From a bacterium (GTDB lineage: Bacteria; Patescibacteriota; Minisyncoccia; UBA6257; GWB1-50-10): 64,000 nucleotides of DNA. The stretch spans positions 32,763 to 96,762 of the forward strand of contig JAKANQ010000001.1 of the NCBI GenBank assembly GCA_021812365.1. The letters run 5' to 3'. Shown one piece after another: positions 46,410 through 56,605 of this stretch. The translations under genes and the position numbers were made by a program. The notes under the pieces were generated by a model. It saw nothing but the letters and a program-made list of their open reading frames with translations, did not search any database and had not been told where the DNA came from. How positions within the stretch are numbered: position 1 is the stretch's first letter; each line of letters begins with the position of its first letter.

Positions 46410-47387
46410 CTATTTGCGCAATAAAAATGCTTTTATGATGCGTTGAACTTCCTTTCCATCTTTCGCGCCCATCAACTCTATTCGCAATTCTTTCGCATCA
46501 TCAAATCCCGAAACATATGCTTTATAGTGTTTTTTCATGACATCAAAACGCTTGATTCCTTTGAATTTCTTCTCAAAAAGATTCGTGTGTTCAACCATGA
46601 CCTTCAATCTCTCCTTCATAGGAATTTCCTTTCCTTCATATTTTCCACTGAAGAGCCATGGATTGCCGAATATCGCTCGTCCGAGCATAACGCCATCAAC
46701 TCCGTATTCATCCGCTTTTGCCTTCGCGTCTCTCATATCGCGTACGTCGCCATTTCCTAATATAAGCGTCCTCGTGGGCGATGAATCATATCTTCGCGCA
46801 ATACGTACAGCCTCGCCGAGTACCTCCCAGTGAGCGGCCACCTTTGACATCTCCTTGCGGGTGCGGGCATGAATCGTGATTGCCGCGGGTTCCGCCTCCA
46901 AAAGGACGGGCAGCCATGTTTTTAAATTGTTTTCGTTATAGCCAATTCTCGTTTTGACCGAAACGGGCATATCACCCGCACCACGTTTTGCAGCCGCGAT
47001 GATCTCAGCCGCCAACTTAGGATTTTTCATAAGCGCGGCGCCCGCTCCTTGTTTTTCTATCGCCCTGTCGGGACAACCCATATTGATATCCAATCCATCA
47101 AACTTAAGTTTCTTTATGAGGCGGGCGCATTCTTCCATGTGATTCGGACGAGAACCAAAAAGCTGTGCAACGATAGGGCGCTCGTTTTTGTCGTACCGAA
47201 GGTCAACAAGAAGCCTCTCCCTGCCCTTTTCCGAACATAGTCCGTCACATGCCACGAACTCCGTCCAAGTCACGTCCGGAGCGCCATATTTTGCGATTAT
47301 CGCGCGAAAGGCCGCATCCGTGACATCAGCCATCGGCGCAAGTGCAAATATCGGTTTTTTCAGTTTTTTCCAGAATCCTTGTACCAT
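46410..47387 (-). CDS. tRNA-dihydrouridine synthase
   Basis: LAPMADVTD, DINMGCP, SVKTRIG, HARTR, NGDV. Confidence 0.93.
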   Translation of the reverse strand: MVQGFWKKLKKPIFALAPMADVTDAAFRAIIAKYGAPDVTWTEFVACDGLCSEKGRERLLVDLRYDKNERPIVAQLFGSRPNHMEECARLIKKLKFDGLDINMGCPDRAIEKQGAGAALMKNPKLAAEIIAAAKRGAGDMPVSVKTRIGYNENNLKTWLPVLLEAEPAAITIHARTRKEMSKVAAHWEVLGEAVRIARRYDSSPTRTLILGNGDVRDMRDAKAKADEYGVDGVMLGRAIFGNPWLFSGKYEGKEIPMKERLKVMVEHTNLFEKKFKGIKRFDVMKKHYKAYVSGFDDAKELRIELMGAKDGKEVQRIIKAFLLRK

Positions 47388-47425
47388 GGTCACTAAATGC
47401 CCCATCGAACGATGGGGCGGAGCAC

Positions 47426-48766
47426 CTACTTTTTCAATATCTCCTTCACCCTTGAAGGCAGGTCTTTTTGTTTCACCTCCTCCTGAGTGCGCGCATTCAT
47501 ATCCTTGATAAGTGCGGTCCCCTTACTTGATTCGGTTGCCCCGATTATCACAACGACTGGGATCTCCATGGCCACCGCATAGGCGAGTTGTCCTTTTAGG
47601 TTTTCTTCTCCTCCCGCATAAAATTCCGCATTGAGACCCTCGGCGCGAAGGGCCACGGAGTTCTTTATCACGTCCTTTTCACCCGCCTCATCGAAATTGA
47701 GGAAAAGCGCCTCGGTGACAGACCTCTCTTTTTTTACAAGATTCAACTGTTCCATCGCGGCAAAGAGCCTGTCGATTCCAACAGATGTTCCCACCGCAGG
47801 AATAGCCGCGCTTCCAAATCGTTCAATGAGATTGTCATACCTCCCTCCTGAAAACACGCTTCCTATCTGCGGAAGTTCCGTAAGTATTGTTTCGAAAATC
47901 GTTCCCGTATAATATCCCAATCCTCTTGCGACGGAAAAATCTATTGCCCAAACATCGTCCGGCACTTCAAGCATCTTTAAGTAGTCTGTAATCGATTCAA
48001 GTTCTTTTATTCCTTCATTTGCACCATTATTCTCTCCCATAAGTTTCTCCGCCTTTTCAAGCATGCTTTTCGCGGTACTCCCTTTCAATTCTACGAATTT
48101 GCGAATTGCTTCTATCTGTTCGGCTGATAGATAGGCCCCCTTCTTATCAGCCAATTCAACGGCAACATCGTTCCATGACTGCTTATCGAGTTTATCTAAG
48201 GCGCGTAACACCGGCTCTGTTTTCCAGGCTTCAAACCCCGCATATTCAGCTAATGCGTTCAATATCTTTCTGTTATTGATGCGTATGACAAATTTTAAAA
48301 ATCCCAGTGCGCGCATCGTTTCCGTCATAAGCGCGATTATCTCCGCATCTGAGGAGAGTTTGTCAGACCCTACAATGTCCGCATCGCATTGCATGAATTC
48401 CCGATAACGGCCTGCTTGCTGGCGTTCACCTCGCCACACCCTTCCCATTTCATATCGCTTGAAAGGCTTTTTCAGAGTACCGGCGCTCGCTGCCATCACG
48501 CGCGCAAGAGGGACCGTGAGGTCAAAACGCAGAGATAACTCATTCTCATCTCCGCCTTGCGACACAATGCCATATATCTGCTTTTTAAAATTTTGATCGC
48601 CTCCCGTCAACACGTCGGTCTTTTCGACGGCTGATGTGGAAAGCGGCGAAAAGCCAAAACGCTCGAATACGTTTCGAATCGTATCGAGCATTTTTTGCCT
48701 AGGAATCATATCTTCGGGAAGATAGTCCTTAAATCCGCCAGGAAGCTTCGGTTCTATTGCTTGCAT
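47426..48766 (-). CDS. hisS: Histidine--tRNA ligase
   Basis: LRFDLTVPLAR, GRYREFMQCD, RGLGYYTG, GGRYDNL. Confidence 0.96.
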   Translation of the reverse strand: MQAIEPKLPGGFKDYLPEDMIPRQKMLDTIRNVFERFGFSPLSTSAVEKTDVLTGGDQNFKKQIYGIVSQGGDENELSLRFDLTVPLARVMAASAGTLKKPFKRYEMGRVWRGERQQAGRYREFMQCDADIVGSDKLSSDAEIIALMTETMRALGFLKFVIRINNRKILNALAEYAGFEAWKTEPVLRALDKLDKQSWNDVAVELADKKGAYLSAEQIEAIRKFVELKGSTAKSMLEKAEKLMGENNGANEGIKELESITDYLKMLEVPDDVWAIDFSVARGLGYYTGTIFETILTELPQIGSVFSGGRYDNLIERFGSAAIPAVGTSVGIDRLFAAMEQLNLVKKERSVTEALFLNFDEAGEKDVIKNSVALRAEGLNAEFYAGGEENLKGQLAYAVAMEIPVVVIIGATESSKGTALIKDMNARTQEEVKQKDLPSRVKEILKK

Positions 48767-48836
48767 TGTCTATAGTATGCATTATTAGGCGCAGTTTTTG
48801 AAGTGGCTGCGAAAAAATGAATACTCAATACGCTCC

Positions 48837-49007
48837 TTATTTCCTTTTGCCGCAATGCTCGCACTTCTTGCCCATTTCATATTTTTTTCCGCACGAAACG
48901 CAGATTTTCCCCGGCTTTCCTTTATGCGTATGCACCGTGTGCACTTCACAAGGACATTCACACGCCAGACAAACCTCTGAATTTTCGCTTTCTTTTTGTT
49001 TTTCCAT
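48837..49007 (-). CDS. 56-aa Cys/His-rich microprotein (metallothionein/zinc-finger-like), absent from the ORF track
   Basis: Hand translation MEKQKESENSEVCLACECPCEVHTVHTHKGKPGKICVSCGKKYEMGKKCEHCGKRK; ATG 8 nt after the DoxX stop. Confidence 0.65.
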   Translation of the reverse strand: MEKQKESENSEVCLACECPCEVHTVHTHKGKPGKICVSCGKKYEMGKKCEHCGKRK

Positions 49008-49015
49008 GGCCGCTT

Positions 49016-49405
49016 TTATTGGATTCCTATCGTTCCGCCTCCCACGAGTAGAATCGTGATGCTTGCCGCAAGCAAGATAAGATCAAACTCCCATCCAGTT
49101 CCCGTTTTCGACGAAAATGGAACATTCCATTTTGCTATTTTCATGGTGATGGCTCCGATCATGACACAGATGAGAAGCAATGCGCCCAACTGCGTATAAA
49201 AACCGAATATGAGATACAATGCTGAGATAACCTCCACAAAACCCAACAGAATGACCATAAAACTCAATCCTGCCATTCCCATTCCTTCCGCCATGGCTTT
49301 GGGATGTTTGAATTTCGGCATTGCGTGCACTAAAAAAATGATTCCGATGATGAAGCGAAGAAAAAATAAACCGATATTACTGTACTGCAGTGATTCGATG
49401 AACAT
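49016..49405 (-). CDS. DoxX-family membrane protein
   Basis: LRFIIGIIFLVHAMPKF, E.ISA, GWEFDLILLA. Confidence 0.88.
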   Translation of the reverse strand: MFIESLQYSNIGLFFLRFIIGIIFLVHAMPKFKHPKAMAEGMGMAGLSFMVILLGFVEVISALYLIFGFYTQLGALLLICVMIGAITMKIAKWNVPFSSKTGTGWEFDLILLAASITILLVGGGTIGIQ

Positions 49406-49446
49406 TTTATTTATATCGTTGTTTTATCATTTCGACCTTGAATTTG

Positions 49447-49929
49447 CTATTCGACGACAATAACGGTTCCTGTATCGGCTGGATTTAAATGATTGTGATA
49501 CTTCCAAGTACCGACGATATCAAACTCGAATGACCAGTATCCGCCCGGTTTTATAATCCTGCACGCATCAAATGTGCTGCCTACGCATCCCCCCGTGGTC
49601 GGATAATCCGTGTGGGTGGGGTGAGGATCGGATGCGGGTCTCATATCATGCGTACTTTGATTTTGAAACGTAATTGTTGCCCCCTTTCTTATGGTCAAGG
49701 GATTCGGAGAAAAACCTTTGTCGGTATATATGACGGTATTCTGCATAGGAAGCGAGGCATTAGGACTCCTCTCAGTCGTCACGGGAGGAGGCGGTAATCG
49801 GACGCCCGTGATCGGGTCTCTGCTTTGAGAAGAGGAGAACAAGGTTGGATTTGTCGCCCAGTAGTATCCTCCAAGCGCAACTACAAAAATAAAAACAACG
49901 ATGAAAATAATCTTATTCTTATCCAACAT
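49447..49929 (-). CDS. Membrane-anchored cupredoxin-like protein
   Basis: GFSPNPLTIRKGATITFQN, HPTH, GTWKYHNHL...GTVIV. Confidence 0.75.
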   Translation of the reverse strand: MLDKNKIIFIVVFIFVVALGGYYWATNPTLFSSSQSRDPITGVRLPPPPVTTERSPNASLPMQNTVIYTDKGFSPNPLTIRKGATITFQNQSTHDMRPASDPHPTHTDYPTTGGCVGSTFDACRIIKPGGYWSFEFDIVGTWKYHNHLNPADTGTVIVVE

Positions 49930-49999
49930 ATGTATTCATTGTAGCAAACCCGCTCTTCAGAGGAAACAAAAAACGACTCATCAAGTCGTTTTTTATATT

Positions 50000-50073
50000 T
50001 GGTGCGGGATACGGGAATCGAACCCGTGTCTCAACCTTGGGAAGGTCGCATTCTGCCACTAAACCAATCCCGC
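50000..50073 (-). tRNA. tRNA-Gly(CCC)
   Basis: GCGGGATTGGTTTAGTGGCAGAATGCGACCTTCCCAAGGTTGAGACACGGGTTCGATTCCCGTATCCCGCACCA cloverleaf with CCA. Confidence 0.95.
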
Positions 50074-50078
50074 ATTAT

Positions 50079-50375
50079 CTATTGTATGGCACTTGAGGAA
50101 GCAGTACTCGACGTTTCCGGAACGACGATTATCATTTGTTCTCCATTATTCTTATAATTGAATCGCGCTTTCGATTCTTTTATAAGATTTTCAGGAAGTT
50201 CAAAATATTTTATTGAATTCTGAAGCGAAGCATTTTCGCTATTGAGTTTTTTAGTCGCTTCTGAAAGATTTAGAATCTCCTCGTGTATCTTATTTTTTTG
50301 CTGTACTAAAGAATATCCCACCCATGTAAGTATTGCAACAAGCGCTGCAATGAATGATAGTTTTAGAAACCGCAT
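50079..50375 (-). CDS. Septum formation initiator (FtsB/DivIC-like)
   Basis: TM, coiled coil, E.KARFNY....GE.MIIVVP. Confidence 0.75.
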   Translation of the reverse strand: MRFLKLSFIAALVAILTWVGYSLVQQKNKIHEEILNLSEATKKLNSENASLQNSIKYFELPENLIKESKARFNYKNNGEQMIIVVPETSSTASSSAIQ

Positions 50376-50388
50376 TGTGCCTATTATA

Positions 50389-52209
50389 CTATCGTTTTAA
50401 CAATTCTTTAAATACTTCAGGGGCAATCTGCACCTGCGCTCTCGCCTCAAGATTTTTCTTCCCTCGCTGCTGTTTTTTCCATAATTTCATCTTACGAGAC
50501 CTATCTCCTCCATACAGATATCCGGTGACATCTTTTCTCAATGCGGGAATGTCTTCGCGTGCAACTATCTTTCCTTCAGCCTGCGCCTGAATCGGCTGGG
50601 TCCACTGCTGACGAGGAAGATGTTCTTTAAGCCTATCGACCATCTTTCTCGCTTCTCTTGTCGCCACTTCACGCGGCAAGAATCTGCTAAGTCCCGGAAT
50701 GACCTCATGGGACACGAGAATATCCACGCGCACCACATCGGCCTTTTCATATTCCAACACTTCATAACTGAAGGATGCCATTCCCTTCGTCGATGATTTA
50801 AGCTGATCATCAAAATCACTCACAAGTTCCGCGAGTGGCATTTGCGTTATAAGATGCACCCTATCGCCCAATGTTTCCGTATGTAGGTCCGAAAAGCGAA
50901 ACGCTCGCTGAAGCGCAATTACATTCGAAAGATATTCATTCGGTAAGATGATATCCAATTTGATGATGGGTTCCCATATCTCATCAAAATCTTGCGGAAG
51001 CTCTTCCGGTTTTACGATAGTAAGCCAATCATTTCCCCGTTTTACGCGATATAACACGGAGGGAAATGTATTCACCGTCTCAACCTTGAATTCACGCCGC
51101 AATCGTTCTGCGGTTATTTCAAAGTGAAGGCGCCCCAAAAACCCGACCTTAAATCCCCTCCCTAATACTTCGTTCTGATCAGGTTCAATATGAAGTGCCG
51201 AATCATTCAATTTAAGTTTTTGCAGCCCTCTCGTGAGCGCCTCATAGTTATCGCTCTCTTCCGGATAGAATGACACGAAGACAACAGGCATTGCCTCTTT
51301 ATAGCCGTGAAGCGCAAATCGTTCCGCATCTCTTATATTTTTTGAAACAAGGACCGTATCTCCTATCTTTATCTTTTCGGGATCGCGGATACCCGTTGCC
51401 ACATAGCCGATTTCTCCCGCGGTGAGTTTTTCAGAAACAGGCAGCGCGATGAGCTGCGGCATAAAATAGCCGATCTCTTTGATACGCGAATGAGTATTGG
51501 TGGCAACCATCACAATCTCATCTTCTCCCGTGATCTCTCCATCAAACATTCGTATGGATGCGACCACGCCCTTATGGTCATCAAAGAACGAGTCAAAAAT
51601 AAGCGCGCGACCGAAAGCTTCAACGCTCTTTTGCGGGGGTGGGACTTTTTCGATAACGTCATCAAGGAGTTCTCTCACCCCATCGCCCGTCTTACCGGAA
51701 ATATGATGTATCTCCTTTTCATCCACTCCGATAAGCTCCGCGAGGCTTTTCCGAAGCGTAAAGAGCCGCTCATCGTCAAGATTGATGTTTCCTGCGGAAT
51801 CTTTGAAAAAATCCACCTTGTTGAGCGCTCCCACCACGGTAAGTCCCGCCGCTTTTGCGAGCCGATGATTTGCCAATGTTTGTGCCTGAATGCCCTGAGT
51901 CGCATCCACCAAAAGCACCGCGCCCTCTACCGCATTTAATGAGCGCGAGACCTCATATGAAAAATCGGAGTGTCCCGGCGTATCGATAAGATTCAATATA
52001 TAGTTTGTTCCCTTGTGTTCATATCTCATGCGCACGGGAGCCATTTTAATGGTGATGCCCCTCTCACGCTCAAGCTCAAGTTGGTCAAGATATTGAGCCT
52101 TCATCTTGCGCATTTCCACCGTTTTTGTGACTTCCAAAAAACGATCGGCAAGAGTACTCTTGCCGTGATCAACGTGCGCTATTATTACAAAATTTCTTAT
52201 ATTCTTCAT
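50389..52209 (-). CDS. lepA: Elongation factor 4
   Basis: IRNFVIIAHVDHGKSTLADR, ERERGITIK, DTPGH, RKDVTGYLYGGD. Confidence 0.96.
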   Translation of the reverse strand: MKNIRNFVIIAHVDHGKSTLADRFLEVTKTVEMRKMKAQYLDQLELERERGITIKMAPVRMRYEHKGTNYILNLIDTPGHSDFSYEVSRSLNAVEGAVLLVDATQGIQAQTLANHRLAKAAGLTVVGALNKVDFFKDSAGNINLDDERLFTLRKSLAELIGVDEKEIHHISGKTGDGVRELLDDVIEKVPPPQKSVEAFGRALIFDSFFDDHKGVVASIRMFDGEITGEDEIVMVATNTHSRIKEIGYFMPQLIALPVSEKLTAGEIGYVATGIRDPEKIKIGDTVLVSKNIRDAERFALHGYKEAMPVVFVSFYPEESDNYEALTRGLQKLKLNDSALHIEPDQNEVLGRGFKVGFLGRLHFEITAERLRREFKVETVNTFPSVLYRVKRGNDWLTIVKPEELPQDFDEIWEPIIKLDIILPNEYLSNVIALQRAFRFSDLHTETLGDRVHLITQMPLAELVSDFDDQLKSSTKGMASFSYEVLEYEKADVVRVDILVSHEVIPGLSRFLPREVATREARKMVDRLKEHLPRQQWTQPIQAQAEGKIVAREDIPALRKDVTGYLYGGDRSRKMKLWKKQQRGKKNLEARAQVQIAPEVFKELLKR

Positions 52210-54302
52210 TGTTTTGCGAGCTTCAGCGTAAGAATCACTCTTCCGTCCGGATCGTCGTTCGAATACGTGTATGTGGGCGTTCCTGTTTCTTCCCACACAA
52301 ATCCAATAGGCGCCGCTATGGTCGCACTAAGTTTCGTTGAGACCCCTGACTGCTTTTCATAGACAAATGTATATGTGGAACCCGTCGTGGGAGGGGTGAG
52401 AGAAGTATTATCGTTATGGTATCTCAGCGTCAAGACTCCCGTTTTTCTTGGTTCTACGTTGAACCAAGTACCGAATGCTGTTTTATTAAATTCATTCATA
52501 ACCCACGCGTTGAATTCCGGTATTGCGGTTGTTGAATTATCGATTGCTTGAAGATCGGCATTTTCGTCATAGCCGTTCGAGTCATAGTTGAACTTCGGCT
52601 TTTCAAGCTTAATTGAATTACCTTTCATCGAAATGAGAGCGGAGCCAGGATCCGTGAGTATCTGGATGAAATCCTGATTCTTTGAGTTCCACCATGGATC
52701 TTTCTTATCTCCTCCATTATGAACACGGGTTACCGTCAGATCGGTAAGAACGGCGCCACTTGTATCAATATTGATGTTCGCGTCGACGGACTGATTGATA
52801 AGTGCATCGGTCTTGCCGCCCGCGACATTCGCATCAACTACCGCAAGATATGAACCGAGAAAATTCGAAGGAATATCAAACACGGACCCATCCACGTCGG
52901 ATTGCTTAAGAAATGATGCAAGTGAATCATCCTTTGCGTAGAACATTATATCCTTTTTTGCCACGTGTTCCCCAAGTTTCTTCAAAAATATGTTCTGACT
53001 ATTTGAATCAAGTGCCTTCATCTTTTCTAAAAGAAGGGGGGCAAGCACCTTCAGTATCTTTTTAGGCTGTCCTGCTTTTTTATCCTTTCCCGCTTCCACC
53101 TCTCGCTGCACTTCAGTGAGAAAATTATTCTGGTCGATGGTTAGATCATAGTCTGGCAGATAGATTGGACCGGTTGCTTCAAGCATTGATTGAATGACCG
53201 GAATATTGACGGCAATGGCGCCGTCAAACGTCACCCCATTTTCGCTATACATTTTGGAAAGTTCGAGAAAATTAATGACGGTCTTTGCCGATGTAGGAAA
53301 ATCAAAGAACCAGTTCGCATCGCGCGCCCCCCAATTTTGAGTTATTGTCTGTAATTGATACGGAGGAACTATCTTTTCAAAGAACTGGCCATCAGGATCG
53401 TAGATATCCCTCACGTCGATATTTTGCATCTGTCCATTCCGTATCGATATGTCGGCATAACTTCCGATAAAACCGCCCCCGGGACGTATTTCCGACGGGT
53501 TTTGGAACAATACCAGAAAGTGACGCGTGTTATCCGAATTAAGTATGGTAATAAGGCTTCCAAGAAATGAATTCGCTTTATAGAGCGAGGCGCTATTCTC
53601 CAAATACCTTTTCCCAATCGCATCATCGATGGTATCGAACGAAGAAGAAAGTTTTCTTAGATTGGAGGTTGCGTTTTTAACCGCTTGAGCTTCGCTATTT
53701 ATATTTGCAATCGATGTTTGCATGCCGCGAAGCTCAGACAAGAACGCGGGCCCATCGGATTGGAAATTATGAAATCCATTCTTTTTTAAGTCCTCGGTGG
53801 CATTTGAGAGATTCAAGAAATTAAGATTCAACGATGCCACATGCTGAATAAGCGAGCCGCTTTCCTTGAATGCGGGGATAATATCTCCTAACAAATTCAA
53901 AAAACCGATGGCGTGATTATTTTTCAATAATTGATCGAGCTGTGCGATATTTTTCCCATTTTGTTCAAGCGTCGCACTTGCTTTCTCAGGTTCAAGATTC
54001 TGCAATGAATGAACCGAATTCGAGAAATTCTCTCCAATCTGCTCACCTGATTTCTTAAGCGCGTCCTTCACACTGAAAAGTCTCACCCCCTCAAACGCGA
54101 TGAGGACCAATAATAGCGATACGAATGCGAGTGCCGTTTTTTTGAAGATGGAATGTATTCTTTTTGCATGGTCATATTCTCCGATAGGAGTCCTTCGTAG
54201 ATCTATCGAAGGGTGATGTGATGACCATGAATAGTTGGCGGCCGGATTCTTCACATCGACCACCACGGGAACCACATTATTGCGGGAAACCTTTTTTTTC
54301 AT
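52206..54302 (-). CDS. DUF4012-domain membrane-anchored protein
   Basis: LVLFQNPSEIRPGGGFIGSY, RDANWFFDFPTSA, EKQSG. Confidence 0.8.
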   Translation of the reverse strand: MKKKVSRNNVVPVVVDVKNPAANYSWSSHHPSIDLRRTPIGEYDHAKRIHSIFKKTALAFVSLLLVLIAFEGVRLFSVKDALKKSGEQIGENFSNSVHSLQNLEPEKASATLEQNGKNIAQLDQLLKNNHAIGFLNLLGDIIPAFKESGSLIQHVASLNLNFLNLSNATEDLKKNGFHNFQSDGPAFLSELRGMQTSIANINSEAQAVKNATSNLRKLSSSFDTIDDAIGKRYLENSASLYKANSFLGSLITILNSDNTRHFLVLFQNPSEIRPGGGFIGSYADISIRNGQMQNIDVRDIYDPDGQFFEKIVPPYQLQTITQNWGARDANWFFDFPTSAKTVINFLELSKMYSENGVTFDGAIAVNIPVIQSMLEATGPIYLPDYDLTIDQNNFLTEVQREVEAGKDKKAGQPKKILKVLAPLLLEKMKALDSNSQNIFLKKLGEHVAKKDIMFYAKDDSLASFLKQSDVDGSVFDIPSNFLGSYLAVVDANVAGGKTDALINQSVDANINIDTSGAVLTDLTVTRVHNGGDKKDPWWNSKNQDFIQILTDPGSALISMKGNSIKLEKPKFNYDSNGYDENADLQAIDNSTTAIPEFNAWVMNEFNKTAFGTWFNVEPRKTGVLTLRYHNDNTSLTPPTTGSTYTFVYEKQSGVSTKLSATIAAPIGFVWEETGTPTYTYSNDDPDGRVILTLKLAKQ

Positions 54303-55441
54303 TGTTGGAATGTATCAAAAATTGAGATAAGTTCATCTGCGGCATTTTCCCATGTAAACCTTTTTACATTTTCAAATCCTCGTACCCGAAGCTCTTCTTT
54401 CATTGTATCGTTTTTGAGCAGAAGCGAAATTGCATAAATAAGTTCCTCGATTTTCCACGGATCAACAAGAAGCGCCGAATCACCCATTATTTCCGGAAGC
54501 GAGGACCTATTCGATGTGATCACCGGCGCACCGCATGCCGCAGCTTCCAACGGAGGAAATCCAAAACCCTCAAAGAACGATGGATATATAAACGCTTCCG
54601 TGAGATTGTAGAGCATCCTTAAATCTTCATACGAAGCCTCTCCCCAGAATATGATATCTTTTGACCACGTCGCATTCTTCGCATCCTTAAAAATTGTATC
54701 ACAGAGCCATCCCCTTTTCCCCACGATTATAAGCTGCAGCTCTCTGTTGAAGGGGTCTTCTTTCACCACATCAAACGCTTTAATGATTCCTGAAATATTC
54801 TTTCGCGGTTCAAGCGTTCCCACGAATAATATGAATGGCTTTACCATGCCGTGTTTCTTTATGAATTCGGCCTTCATCTTATCAGTTTCAGACAGGCGTT
54901 TATACCATGGATTTATTCCGGAATGCACCACGCGAATCTTTTGAGGGTCGACTCCAAGCGTCTTTATGAGGTCCTGCTTTGTAAATTCGGAAACCACGAT
55001 AAGCATATCGGCATTCATTGCCTGTTTCTTATAACCCTGCTGCCAATGCCATACTCGTTTGCGAAACGGATAAAATTCCGGAAAATGGATGAACGAGAGA
55101 TCGTGAAATGTAATGACTCTTTTCGTCCCTTTCGAGGTCGGAAAAAAATTGAAATGGGGACTGAATACGATATTTGAATGCAATGTTTCCGTGATGCGCG
55201 GCACTCCGAATAATCGCATAGATACTTCAAGCACCCTATTCGGCACATTCAATTCGAACACGTTCGTATTGCCTCGCTTCCAATTATCGGGGAGGGGTGC
55301 TTTTTTAATGCCACTGTAAAAGAACTGATATGTATTCTTCCTGTCCCTTTCGAGCAAATTTTCAATGATAAATCTGGCATATTCCTCAATTCCGGAAATG
55401 CGCCCCTTGCTCAATAGTCGTGTATCAATAAGAATATTCAT
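54299..55441 (-). CDS. GT4 glycosyltransferase
   Basis: GTLEPRKNI, YPSFFEGFGFPPLEAAACG. Confidence 0.92.
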   Translation of the reverse strand: MNILIDTRLLSKGRISGIEEYARFIIENLLERDRKNTYQFFYSGIKKAPLPDNWKRGNTNVFELNVPNRVLEVSMRLFGVPRITETLHSNIVFSPHFNFFPTSKGTKRVITFHDLSFIHFPEFYPFRKRVWHWQQGYKKQAMNADMLIVVSEFTKQDLIKTLGVDPQKIRVVHSGINPWYKRLSETDKMKAEFIKKHGMVKPFILFVGTLEPRKNISGIIKAFDVVKEDPFNRELQLIIVGKRGWLCDTIFKDAKNATWSKDIIFWGEASYEDLRMLYNLTEAFIYPSFFEGFGFPPLEAAACGAPVITSNRSSLPEIMGDSALLVDPWKIEELIYAISLLLKNDTMKEELRVRGFENVKRFTWENAADELISIFDTFQQ

Positions 55442-55466
55442 CTCGCGTAATGCATATGTTCCGCGC

Positions 55467-56567
55467 TTATTCTGAAAAACCTGATGCTCGAATCACTCTC
55501 GTCATTTCTTGTACAAAATTGCTCTTTGAAAAGCGCTGGGCCTTTTGGGCTATTATTCTTCTATCGAATTTCATAGTCTCGAATTCTTTTACCGCATTCT
55601 CTATGGCTTCCGGAGATTGTTCGCTAAAAAGCAACCCAGTCTGCTTATTGATGACTATCTCTCCGCCGCCGCCCACTTTGTATGCAATGACAGGAAGCCC
55701 GCACGCTTGTGCTTCGGCGGCTACAAGGCCAAAATCCTCTATTTGCGGGAATATAAGCGCTTTTGCATTCGAATATAATTTACGAAGCTCATCATCCGAG
55801 ATGCCGGTAAGAAATTCTATATGAGGCGAACGGACAAGTGCTCTCAATTTTTCCGCCTCCGGTCCCGCCCCCACGATCTTCAAAGGTTTTTTAAGACGAT
55901 TGAACGCGCGAATGGTAATATCGAATCCTTTGTAGTACAAAAGTCTTCCGACCATCAAATAGTATTCCTTATGCTCGCTATTCGGTTCCGGATAAAAAAT
56001 ATCCGTCGACACCGGCGGATAGATGACATCCGCTTCCCTTAGATAATATGAATTGATCTTGTTTGAAATGAATTGAGAATTTGCTAAAAAAAGATTCACG
56101 TGGGTAGCCGCATGGACATCCCAGCTTCGCAACGACTTCGCGATAGGATATACAAAAAAATCCTTCAGTGGCCATGGCGCAAACGAGAGGTTCTTCAAAT
56201 ATTCAACTTCCCACGCGTAGCGCAACGGGCTGTGGCAATAACTTATATGATACTTTCCCTTCACATGGAATCCTTTTGCGTACCCCGCCGTCGAAGAAAG
56301 AACAAGGTCATATGGTTTATCGCTCTTCATCAGATTGGCAGCGAACGGCATGAAAGGAATGAACATTCGATGATGTTTGCGGACAAAGGGAATATCCAAC
56401 ACGCTTGTTTTTTTTATATTATGTTCGAAAATCCCGAATGTTCGTTCGGGATCATAAAGTAATGTATAAAGGTCCGCATCCGGATACATTTCAAGCATTA
56501 CCTGAAGCACTCGCTCAGCACCCCCAAACTGATTCAAGTAATCATGCAGAATCGCAACACGCATCAC
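55467..56567 (-). CDS. GT4 glycosyltransferase
   Basis: HDYLNQFGGAERVL, EDFGLVAAEAQACG. Confidence 0.92.
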   Translation of the reverse strand: MMRVAILHDYLNQFGGAERVLQVMLEMYPDADLYTLLYDPERTFGIFEHNIKKTSVLDIPFVRKHHRMFIPFMPFAANLMKSDKPYDLVLSSTAGYAKGFHVKGKYHISYCHSPLRYAWEVEYLKNLSFAPWPLKDFFVYPIAKSLRSWDVHAATHVNLFLANSQFISNKINSYYLREADVIYPPVSTDIFYPEPNSEHKEYYLMVGRLLYYKGFDITIRAFNRLKKPLKIVGAGPEAEKLRALVRSPHIEFLTGISDDELRKLYSNAKALIFPQIEDFGLVAAEAQACGLPVIAYKVGGGGEIVINKQTGLLFSEQSPEAIENAVKEFETMKFDRRIIAQKAQRFSKSNFVQEMTRVIRASGFSE

Positions 56568-56605
56568 TTCATCATAACGGAGAATGGAATTTCATGCCAC
56601 AAATC

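Noticed and set aside
48837-49007. Ribosomal protein L33/L32 (small, basic, CxxC)
   Set aside because: Lacks L33/L32 sequence patterns and has extra Cys/His residues.
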